DNA of 64,000 bases from Bispira polyomma (Eukaryota), in assembly GCA_965649765.1 (NCBI GenBank), contig OZ287750.1, positions 80,910,001-80,974,000 on the forward strand, in the 5' to 3' direction. Made by a program: the position numbers and the translations under genes. Shown here in pieces: positions 38,315-49,083 of this stretch (the stretch's first letter is position 1; every line of letters begins with the position of its first letter). The notes beneath the pieces were generated by a model that did not search any database, was not told where the DNA came from, and saw only the letters and a program-made list of their open reading frames with translations.

Positions 38315-39351
38315 ATGCCGGCAGTTTTTAATTGTTCCAAATGCTTAGGGAAGCATAAGAGGCCAGTTGGGTCAGCTTGTACTAATGAAATTGTGTCTGA
38401 TGTCTCTGCCAATGCTGTCTTGTCTGAGGATTCATCTGCTCCATCAATGACCACAGGTTTGGAATCTAACTTAGTGTCTAATCAAATATTGTTGCAATTA
38501 CAATCTATGGCACAAATGATGGAGCGGATGGATCAACGACTCCAACAGACGGAAGCCGCTTTGGCAGCAGACAAAAATCAGGCAAGTAGTATTTCAAATT
38601 CTAGTGTAAATCCTGACGTCGCTAGTAGTTCTGTGAACAATGTCAGTGTTGAAACGTTGTCCTCTGATAATATAATTCCAGGGATTGATTTTCTACGGAA
38701 AAATACCCAGATTCAGAATCAAGAAGAAGTAAGATTAGCTGAGCTTAAACAGTTGAATGAAAATGCGAATCCAGGTAAATTGAAATCTCAAAGGGGGGGG
38801 GGGGGGGCGTTGATGTGCTAGTCAAATGCGTTGTCGAGTGGCCGCAGAATCATGTTTTGATAGGCAACTTTAAGTCCAGACCCACATACAACGACCTATC
38901 TTTAAACCAGTGGGTATGTGGGTTTACCCGTATAATTCATGAAGAAAAATCGAATGAAACCCGTGAGATAATGCTTGATTATACGGCAAATTTGATGGAG
39001 GACGCGGAGGACTTCTCTTGGGAAGCCGCGAAAGCGTGTCATGCCGTTGTCCTTACTTATATGGAGATGGACAAGCTTAACTGTTCGGACATTGATAAGT
39101 TGGACAGATTTCGCAGAGCGCATGCCCAGCAACATATTGTTAGCAACAGCTCGGTCAGTGTCAGTCGTGGTTCAAACAAGAGTAATGCCCAAGGTAAGCC
39201 ATCAACTGCCAATTGTAAATTTTACCAAGATGGCTCATGCAAATTCCCCAACAGCCACAAAACAGGTAATACTTATTTTAAACACGTGTGTGAAGCCTGT
39301 GGGGGAACACACAAGACCAACACCTGTAGCAAGAAAAATGCAAAAAACTGA
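38315..39351 (+). pseudogene. Gag-like ORF1 of YR element 2 (frameshift in the G15 run at ~38793-38807, possibly a homopolymer error)
   Basis: CSKCLGKHKRPVGSAC, WPQNHV, SWEAAKACHAVVL and C-terminal CKFYQ..C..H..H.CEAC..H..C. Confidence 0.88.
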
Positions 39352-39376
39352 GTAGCCACTGCAGTTTAGCAGTGGC
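39342..39376 (+). promoter_or_regulatory. Predicted -1 frameshift signal: A_AAA_AAC + 6 nt + 8-bp hairpin gccactgc/gcagtggc
   Basis: The heptamer 39342-39348 immediately precedes the gag stop. The -1 frame runs LSSHCSLAV into ORF 39372. Confidence 0.8.
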
Positions 39377-41771
39377 AAATCAAGAAATTAATGTCTATTC
39401 ACGAACTTTTTATAAGTTAAAATTCAGTGATTTTCACTGGTTCGATAAAGCTGCGACAGCTAAAATGCTTGCATACAGTAAAGGTACACGGCCGTGTTAT
39501 TCTTACAGCGAAGCGTTGAAAAAGGTAAATAAAAGTAAATATGGTGATGGAAAAACTGTAAATACATGTGATTATGACAAGGTGAGTGAACGTGTGGGGA
39601 AAATTCGGACCTGTGTAAAGAAAGTGCACAGGCAGGTCCTCCCACGCATTCACAAAAAACCGAGTGTAAATAGTGTCAATAAGTTCCCCTTTGTTCCTTC
39701 CACGCAACATAAAAGCAAAAGCTGTGATTTGGACGAAAGGGTTACCAGTGTAAATTCGAACAAAATTAACACGTGTCACACTTCTGTGTGGTATAATAGA
39801 TTTCACCCCCTCAGCCAAACCAATGTTGCCCTGGGCAGCAATGGGGAGGTCAAGTATAGTGGAAGTGTAGTGGAAGTGCAAGTATGGAAGCCTATAAGGG
39901 TCCTCAACAACCAATAGTTAACAAAACCAGTGATGCCAATCGCAAATATCAAGGCAAGGTTCCTTGCATAAAGACCCATAAGGAAACAAATTTGGCCGAT
40001 TTAGTTGCCTCCTCTGATAAATATGCGTTAGAGCTCAAGCAGAAACATAATAAACAAGATTTGCTGGCCAAGGCCTTGTCTAATAAAAATGGAAAGAGCA
40101 GAACAATGTAAGTTATGGGTTTACCCCTCTCACAACTCTGGGATGCAGAATTCTGGATAATGGCTCAAAAAATCATGGTCTCGATGTCTTTGAAATGCAT
40201 TCTAAACTGCGGGGGGATGGGAGACATAACTATAAGGGCTTACAACTGGCGGTAAAATCCCAATTAAATGCTGACAAATGGAAAGACTATCTTACTGACT
40301 ACTGGGACTGGCAATTGCCATTGCTGGTGAAATATGGCTTCCCTTTGGATGTGTGTAGAGACGAAATTAGTCAAACCGAAAATCCCAACCATAGTTCGGC
40401 TGAAAGTTTTCCTGAGCATATAGAAGCTTATCTTGAGGAAGAGTGTAAATTTGGGGCAATATTAGGCCCTTTTAAAGAACCCCCTCTCAAACAATTATGT
40501 TGCTCACCTATGATGACACGAGAGAAATCCAGTTCTGTTAACAGGAGAGTTATAGTGGATCTGAGTTGGCCACAGGGCCACTCAGTAAATGCAGGTGCAA
40601 ATTCCTATCTCGAAACAGAATTTATATTGTCCTATCCGTCTATTGATGACCTCACTAAGGAGGTCACCAGGCTTGGGTAAAGGTTGCCACATATTTAAAG
40701 TCGACGTGAGTAGGGCCTTTAGGCACGTGCCTATCGATCCTGGGGACATCAATTTACTAGGTCTGAAGTAGAAGCAATATTACGTCGATAAGTGTCTCCC
40801 ATTTGAGTATCAAAACGGAAGTACTATATTTCAACGTTTGTCAGACGCAGTCAGATTTATTATGAAGGCGGAAGGACACAAAGTCCACAACTACATAGAT
40901 GATTTTTTGACTGTATCACTTCCAAGTACAATAAATAATACCTATATCAGGTTGCATGCTCTTCTGAGGGAGCTAGGGCTGACAGTAAGTCAGAAAAAGC
41001 TCGTGCCCCCTAGTACTCAGGCTGTATGTCTAGGTATACTTATAAATACTGAGAATTTCACTACTTCCATTCCGGCTGAGAAAATGAGCGAAATTAGGGA
41101 AAAATGTGCTACCTGGCAGAATAAACAATATTGTACAAAGAAAGAACTCCAATCCCTGTTAGGGTCTTTATTATATGTGGCCAAGTGCATAAGGTATGCC
41201 AGAGTATTTCTGAATCGAATGCTGCAGTTACTTAGGGATAACCACAGCAAGATCAGATTTCGTGTAACTGAGGACTTTAGGCGTGACCTAAACTGGTTCA
41301 GAACCTTTATGCAACAGTTTAATGGGGTTTCCTTTTTTGCACATAAAGCCAGGGGGATTTGTGGGAACGAAGTTTATAAGTTACAAGTACCCGAATCTAT
41401 GACCACTGACAAAATTGCCTCCCTGGAAATGATTAACATACTAGTAGCATTGAAACTATGGTCTAGGGTCTGGAAGGGGCGTAGAATCCATTTTAAATGT
41501 GATAAATCAAGCTGCAGTGAGTATTCTAGAAACAGGACGCACCCATGATCCTTTGCTTGCTGCCTATAGTCGAAATATCTTTATGTGGGCTAGTAAATTT
41601 GATATAGATATCAGAGTGGTCCATATACTAGGTAAAAAGAACAGAATTGCAGACCTTCTCTCCCGTTGGGACAAAACGTCTAATAATGAGTACTTACTGG
41701 CTCAATGGGCTGGCCCAGTTAATTGGCTGGAGACTGATGTCACTTTACTGGAAATTGACCAGACAATATAA
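39348..41771 (+). pseudogene. Pol (RT/RNase H) of YR element 2; stops, frameshifts and a deletion of the RNase H DAS motif near 41348
   Basis: RRVIVDLSWP, KVDVSRAFRH, NYIDDF, LEMINI, IADLLSRW. Confidence 0.9.
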
Positions 41772-41818
41772 CCCTGTGCTTTGTCTATACAGTACCTTAT
41801 GTTTCAGACATTCACCCA

Positions 41819-42787
41819 TTGGATGCTTTGCTCAGAAGCCGAGCCTGTAAAAGACTGCACTTTGCCTTCGTGGAGTCTACAGCCAGAGTCTGCGACAGTA
41901 TGTTTAAGCTGTTTTTGGCCTTTGGGATCTTCATGCAATGGCCAGTTGATCAGGTGAATGTTTTTGGTATTCTATCTTTTCTAGAATTCTTAAGCTTTAA
42001 TCACATGTCAGCTTCTCAAATCGCTAATCACCTGGCCGTTAAGGCTAAGTGCATTCTCTTTCATATAGATGGGGACTGTTTTTCAGATCCCCGTATAGGC
42101 TACTTTAGTAAAGCTGTCAATAGACCCCTGCAAGCAACGTTAAAGGCTGTATTTGATATCCCCTTGTTAACTGCCCTAGTGGCTAAGTGTGATAGCACTT
42201 ATATGGGGCAAATTTTTAAGGCCGTTTACCTCACCAGCTTTTTTAGTTTTCTGAGGCTGTCAAATTTGTGTCCCCACTCTGTGGCAACTTTTTCTCCCCT
42301 CAAGCACTTGGCCAGAGGGGATGTGCTTTTCAAACCTGGCTACATTACCTTATTGATTAAATGGTCAAAGACCATGCAGACGAATAATCAGATTAAATTA
42401 TTAAATATTCCTGTACTGCAAAATATTAATCTGTGCCCGGTTGCTGCTTTGAAGAATGCTTTAGCCCTCACCCCCTCTGGCCCTAATGCTCCCCTTTTTC
42501 AATACAGGCTAGGTGGCTCTTGGATTCCCCTGACTGACACCAGGGTACGGCACCATCTGAAAAACATTCTGCAACTCCTGGGCTGTGCTCATCTAAATCT
42601 CACTTTTCATGCCTTCCGGCATTCAGGTGCCACTTTCGCGTTTAACAATAATGTCAGTATCCAGGACATCCAACGTCATGGCACCTGGACGTCGGACTGC
42701 GTGTGGAGGTATATAACAGATTCTGCACAGACTGGTTTTCAGGTTGCTGACTCCTTCAGATCTGCTCTCCAACCTACTTCTAGGTAA
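41819..42787 (+). CDS. Tyrosine recombinase of YR element 2 (open ORF starting at TTG; probably reached by splicing)
   Basis: FLRLSN (R), KWSKT (K), HAFRHSGA (HxxR), HGTWTSD..WRY (W, Y) catalytic motifs. Confidence 0.9.
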   Translation: MDALLRSRACKRLHFAFVESTARVCDSMFKLFLAFGIFMQWPVDQVNVFGILSFLEFLSFNHMSASQIANHLAVKAKCILFHIDGDCFSDPRIGYFSKAVNRPLQATLKAVFDIPLLTALVAKCDSTYMGQIFKAVYLTSFFSFLRLSNLCPHSVATFSPLKHLARGDVLFKPGYITLLIKWSKTMQTNNQIKLLNIPVLQNINLCPVAALKNALALTPSGPNAPLFQYRLGGSWIPLTDTRVRHHLKNILQLLGCAHLNLTFHAFRHSGATFAFNNNVSIQDIQRHGTWTSDCVWRYITDSAQTGFQVADSFRSALQPTSR

Positions 42788-43720
42788 CTCTGGTGTTTGG
42801 TGGTCTGGCATCTATGGCTCACCTGTCAAATAAATATATAAATGTTAATGTATAACAAATGCATACTGGACAGTTCACAATTCCCACTGTCCTGGGGCAT
42901 AAGATCAACTTATATCTCAGTACATTATGTACTCTTACATATCTTATTTCAAATCAATTTGCAACCTTTATAGTACGCTGTAAATCAGCAGTAAACTCAA
43001 ATTAGGGCTACCATTTGGTGCCCTCAACTTCCAGACTAACTTAAACTGAAGGTATGCTTTAATAAAATCTAAAAGTAAAGTTAGGGTCACTTAATGGTGC
43101 CCTTAATCATCTTACCTTGCAGACACAGGTTGCTAGTCTTAAACTAAATTTAGGGCCACCTTTAGGCCCTCTAAATTTCTGCTCTTAAGGTGACCTTAAG
43201 TCAACCTTACCTTTCTCTTAATTTAAGGTGACCTTATGTTCACCTCAGTTGTACTGCTGAGTTTAAGTTGACCTTATGCCCCTACCTTAGAGTCATAAAC
43301 TGTATATAATACTTGTAGATTTAACAATGCTAGATACTAATAAACTATATCCGCAATCCTTTTTCTGTGTTGAAGAAGGCAAGTTTAGTCTTAGGTTTAT
43401 TATAGAACCAACTTTCCCTCAACCACGGGGAACTGTGGCCATATCTGCTTTAGACTGTGCACCTGTGTCTCTTTCAAAAGAAAACTCTTGTCAATGATTT
43501 ATTTATGCTTAGCTGATTGAGACAAATATAACAGGACAACAAAATGCTCTTATGTGTCATTTGCACCGCCTTTACAGCCAATAAAATCATTAAGTGTACA
43601 ATATGTGATGCATTATCAATGTTTTTATATCTATACATGAATTTACTTGAGGTAAAAAAAATGTGATATATGGGAATTTTATTCAGTGCATTAGACGAAG
43701 ATTATTGGTAAAGACTCAAC

Positions 43721-44491
43721 ATGTTATTATATAGAATTTTGCAAGGAATAACTTGTTTGATTTGGTCATACAAAGTTGACACTGCAAAAGATGAAAAGAA
43801 GCTAATTAGATCTCTACTTACAGATTATGATATTAGAACAAGGCCAGTTCTTCATTTAACTGATACAGTACAAGTCAATCTTGTTTTTAAACTATTGGAT
43901 TGATTACAGAATGGCACAACAACCTTCTCAAGTGGAATTTGTCAGAATACAATGTTACTTTAACGTTGGTATTACCAGCAAATGAAATATGGAATCCCGA
44001 TTTGTACATTTACACATTGTTTCAGAAGCATTGCACAGAGAAGAGTGGCTATCCCATTTCAAGCTCGTGATACTGTATACAGGACGTATCACCTGGGTAC
44101 CTGGAGGGATACTGTAATTTGATTGCCCAATGGATGTGAGATATTTCCCATATGATGAGGAAGTGTGTAGAATGAGGTTTTCCAACTGGGCCTATGCTGG
44201 TGAAATGGTAAACTTAACGTCTGGTCTTGTAGTGCCGAATGATAGACTTAACAATTTCCAAGAAAACAATGAATGGGACATTTATACAACATCTGTTGAA
44301 AGAATTGAATTCAGGTACCCAGAATATGATGGTTTCTACCTAGGAATCCACTTCATTCTTCATCTTAAAAGAAAACCTGCGTTTCATGTGATCATTATCA
44401 TGATACCTTCTCTCTGTTCAGGAGTGTTAATACTCTTCATGTTCTATCTACCCCCACAATCTGGTGAGAAAATAGCAATGGGTGCAACAGT
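43721..44491 (+). pseudogene. Intronless nAChR-like pseudogene, close paralog of 58293-59564, truncated in M2 by a Gypsy insertion
   Basis: Near-identical blocks (LLTDYDIRTRPVL, CPMDVRYFPYDEEVC, SGEKIAMG) with stops and deletions. Homology ends at gcaacagt|TGTAAC. Confidence 0.92.
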
Positions 44492-47400
44492 TGTAACAAT
44501 ATGCAGTAATACTCCAGCAGTGGCGTGTATACCACAGAATAGATTGATCAAGTATATTTGTTTGTGTATAACTCATGTGTTGTTTCTAATATAATAGTTG
44601 TATGAAGTACATGTGTTTTCATTAGCTTTCTGCTTAAACTGACATATTTATACATGATGTGCAGCTTTGATGGTGCTTTATTTATATACAAGTACCTACT
44701 GTAGTGATGATTATACTGGTTTGTTGTGTGAAACCTTAGTGTGTTGTGTGTACCGGTATATATTTACGTGGGCTGCTATATTGACATTCAAAATAATAGC
44801 TCAGTTTATGGGACTCTCTCCCCTGAAAAAGTGAAAGTTGCCATTGATGGGAATAATGAAGCAATGTGGAGAATCAAGGAAGATTTTACATTTTTTTGTG
44901 CTGTCAGTTGGATTCAAATCCAAGAGTGATAAGGAGAAAATAGCCTTGCTGATAAATCTAGGCGGTGGTGAGTTGAAAGCAATATATAATTCTCTCACAT
45001 GGGCAGCAGCAACAGAAGCTGTTCCGGATGAATCAAAAGTGGATGAGAGAGTTATTGCCAAACTAGATGCATATTTCAATGTAAAGAAGAATCAGCTGAG
45101 TGCATGAAAATCGTTTAGTGGGCTAAACCAAAGAAAAGACAAAAACATGGACCAGTATATTACTAGAATACGCACGATGGTGAGAAATTGCTATTTTAGT
45201 GTTGAAGAAGCATTGACACAAATGAGAGATAGATTAGTGTTCGGTTGTAGAGAGAACAATCTCCTGGAAAAGTTCTACAAAGAAAAATATGAAACATTTG
45301 ATAAAACTGTTAAAATTTGTGGGGTCCATCAGTCAGCCAAAAGACAGTTAGCCTCATTTCATGAGACTGAAGATTCAGTACATGCAGTATCTGGTTAACA
45401 ACATCAGGATTCAAGACAGAAACGTAGGCCTAACAGCTATCGTGGCAAGCCTACACAAGGTAAGAACAGAATCTCACATCACTATCAGCCAATTTCTCAC
45501 TACAAGGAATGTCACTTTTGTAGCAGAAAGCTTGCCTGGGGCAAAACAAATGCTTGACTTATGGTAAGACTTGCACGAAATGTCGTGGAAGAAATCACTT
45601 TGCAGTGAAATGCAAAACCAGTGATAAAAAGAAAACTCAAGGCCACAAGAATAATCAGGTACACGCTATACGGGAAAAACAGAATCTAGTTCTGAGGTGG
45701 AATATGTTATGACTGTCAATGATGAGAAAAAGAATAACAAATCATTATTGGCTTATATGGAATTAGTTGATAAACAGGAAATAGTAACATTTCAAGTAGA
45801 CACTAGAGCAACTGTCAATGCTCTTCCACGTTCAGCGATACCGGATGTACCACTGCGTCCTACATATATAAAACTCAGAACTTGGGATTCCACAAACCCG
45901 AAACCACAAAAGAAGTACAATGTAGAATTCATTGTGGTGAAAGAAAAGGCAACTCCAATCTTGTGTAAAAAGGCCAGTAAACAGATGGAGCTAATCAAAG
46001 TAAATTATGACAACATTCAGGCAGTATGTCATACTGACAGTATATTGTCAGAGTTCAAGGACATATTTGCTGACAAAGTGGGTAGTTTGCCTGGATCTGT
46101 CCATCTCACGGTTGACAAATCGATAGCACCAACAGCTCATTGCATCATGCAGAATATCTATCAGCATTAGAAAACGGGTTGAGAAAAAACTTTAACAAAT
46201 GAAAAATGAAAAGATAATAGTAAAAGTTGAAGAACCAACAGAGTGGGTTTCAAGAATGGTTGCGGGAATAAAAAGAAATAATGACATCAGGATATGCATT
46301 GACCCATTATACTTCAACCAGGTGTTAAAAATGGAGATGCATTCATTGCCAATAATTGATGACATAGTTCCAGAGATGACAGGTACTCGCATAATTTCAA
46401 AACTTGACTTGAAGAAATGGATTTTGGCACTGCACTCTGAATGAGGAGTCCAGCTTGCCGAGTACATTCCAAATCCCAGTGGACAAGACTCCCTTTTGGT
46501 CTATGTGTTTTAAGTGAAATTTTTCAGAAAAGGCTACTTCAGGCTTTAGAGGGACTTTGAAACGTGGTGTGTGTAGCTGACAATATTCTCTTTTAAGGAA
46601 AGGGTGACAGCGAAGAGTAAAGTAATACGTGAACATAATGAACACATACGCAAGTTGCTGTTGCGATGTTGACAACTAGGCTTTTGAATTTGAATTTGGA
46701 TATTTAACGTCCACTCTAGTACCTTTTAGTAGGTTATATTGGGACGGGTAGTTGAAAACGCTGGAGGAAACACTGCATACAGTCGGTCAAGGATCTGCAG
46801 AGAAACCAGCGGCCCACAGTAAGGAACTACCACCTTTCCCACATAGGCATCGATGGGATTCGAACTCACGCCGCCCAGAGGTGAGAGACCAGTGATTGTG
46901 AAGCGCAATGTTTGCTAACCACTAGGCCACCGCGGCCCCGTTGATAACTAGGCATCAGACTAAACAAAAATAAGATAACGTTCCTAGGACACAAAATCAG
47001 TCGAGAATGTATAGCGGTGGACCCAGACAAAGTTGAATCCATAGTAAAAATGAAATCCCTGAAATGTGTCGCTGATATGGGAACTATCTGGCAAAATTCC
47101 TGCCAAAGTTATCTGATGTGATGAAACATTTAGAACAATTGACACTCAAAGATACACAGTGGACTTGGGGTTCAGACCAGGAAAAGGCTTTCCTCGAGGT
47201 GAAACACCTGTTAAGAAAAAGCCCAGTACTAACGTACTATGATCCATCTAAAGAACTCAAGATACAGTGTGATGCTAGCCAATCAGGACTTCAATGTATA
47301 TTGTTACAAAATGATTGCCCTATTGCATATGCAAGCAGAGCGTTGACTTAAACCGAAGATATGCCCAGATTGAAAAGGAGATGTTGGCTGTAGTCTTTGC

Positions 47401-48893
47401 TATACAAAATTTCCACCAATACACATATGGTAGGAAAGTTACCATATTGTTTGACCACAAACCTCTACAAACAATAGTGAATAAACCACTCCATTCTAGG
47501 CCGAAGTGACTGCAAGGGATGATTTTAAAATTGCAGCAGTACGACACAAACATTTAATATACACTAGGTAAAGAAATGGACATAGCTGATTTCTTGTCTA
47601 GATCTTACCTAAAAGACACCACAGGAGCAGAATCCTATGATTATGTGAGTCAATTAGTACATCTACCTGTTAGACAAGAAAGGTTGAAGAAAATTCATGA
47701 GGTTTTGCAGTCAGACCCAGTGATTCTACGGTTAGGAGACATTATCAGAACTGGCTGGCCAGAGCAAAAAAGTCAAGTGCTGTTAGAGGTCATGCCATAT
47801 TTTCATTTTAGAGATGAACTTACTGTGCACAATGCTTTAGTTTTTAAAGCAAACCAGATTGTGGTCCCCTCAGCTATCAGAAAAGAAATCTGTAAGGCGC
47901 TTCACGTTACACACACAGGTGTTAAAGGATGTTTACACAGAGCCTGTGACTGTGTCCTCTGGCTAGGGATGAACACCGACCTCAAGGAGTACTTCCAACA
48001 GTGTCAAATCTGTAACATGTATAACATGAAGCAACAAAAGGAAACTCTTATTTCACTTGAACTTACAGACAGACCTTATGAAAAAGTCAGCATTGACCTA
48101 TTTGAGCTGGAAGACCAATACTACTTGATCTCTGTTGACTATTACAGCAATTTTTGGGAAACCGATCTGTTGATGAACACACGTACGTCAACCATAATAA
48201 CAAAGCTGAAGTCACACTTCGCCAGATATGGTATCCCAAACGTATCAGTGAATGACAATGGTCCCTAATTTACCAGCAAAGAGTTGGAAAATTTTGTGTG
48301 CCAGCGGGACATTGAACATAGAACTAGTTCACCTGGACACCAACAAGCAAATGGGAAGGCAGAAGCTGCTGTTAAAATGGCAAAAAGAGTTATTTCAAGA
48401 GCCCGAAAAAATAACTAAGACCCCCACATAGCCATCTTAGAGTACAGAAATATACCATCGCAAGATACTGGTTCAAGCCCTGCACCAAAAATGTTCACAA
48501 GAATGGCAAGTACAATGTTGCCAGTGAAAGATGAACTGTTGAAGCCAAAAGATAGTGAAACAGTAAAAAAAGAATCAAATGTTGCCAGATATGCGGAAGG
48601 AATGGTACTACCACAAACATTCAAAAGATCTGGGACCTTCATGTGATGGTCAAGTGGTCAGATTGCGACTACTGGCTGATCACGACAAAAGTGATGACAC
48701 TTCCAATGTACACAACCAGGATGAAGCAATCATCTCTAATGAACCAAATGTTAACAATAACAAGTGTGACCAGAAACCAGATAAGGTTGTTTCCACAGAA
48801 AAGACCAGCATAGAACCAGAAAGCAGTCCTGGAGTGCGACGCTCTAACAAACAACACAGAGCACCTGAATATCTAAAGGACTATTCTTGTTAA
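44492..48893 (+). mobile_element. Ty3/Gypsy (Mag-like) LTR retrotransposon, degenerate; no 3' LTR found
   Basis: Starts TGTAAC. Gag MRDRLVFG with CTKCRGRNHFAVKC, protease FQVDTRAT, RT IRICIDP, RNase H CDASQSG / YAQIEKEMLA, integrase HVTHTG..C..C and DNGP, ending RRS..PEYLKDY. Confidence 0.9.
46682..46939 (-). mobile_element. tRNA-derived Meta-core-like SINE inserted in the Gypsy RT
   Basis: Reverse-complement copy of 59730-59981. 14-bp TSD gttga(c/t)aactaggc at 46668-46681 and 46940-46953. Confidence 0.9.
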
Positions 48894-49083
48894 AATATAA
48901 AATATCTTGTTAAAGACATTATTACTACCCAATGGAAAACCTAAGTAACTACTACCACTAGAGGCGCCACAGGAAGAGTCGGTCCAGACAATCCATCAAA
49001 TTCCCGGATGTAGCATTTACTTATAGTGTAGTTTGTAAACAAAGGGAGATCGCATACACATTGTAAATTTATGTTTTTAAAAG

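Larger units (their letters stand above)
38081..43434 (+). mobile_element. Second Ngaro-like YR retrotransposon (gag, pol, YR), flanked by GTG and inserted upstream of a receptor paralog
   Basis: Boundaries are defined by the uninterrupted paralogous sequence tatataGTGgccatatc at ~57972-57988. GTG occurs at 38078-38080 and 43435-43437. No methyltransferase domain and no A/B repeat pair were found. Confidence 0.9.

Noticed and set aside
43000-43175. Three hairpin repeats with unique spacers resembling a mini CRISPR array
   Set aside because: The repeats are divergent, there are only three, there are no cas genes, and they lie inside a eukaryotic retrotransposon 3' region.
46726-46908. Near-identical 60-aa ORFs at 46726-46908 and 59761-59943
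   Set aside because: Incidental frames within two copies of the same SINE.
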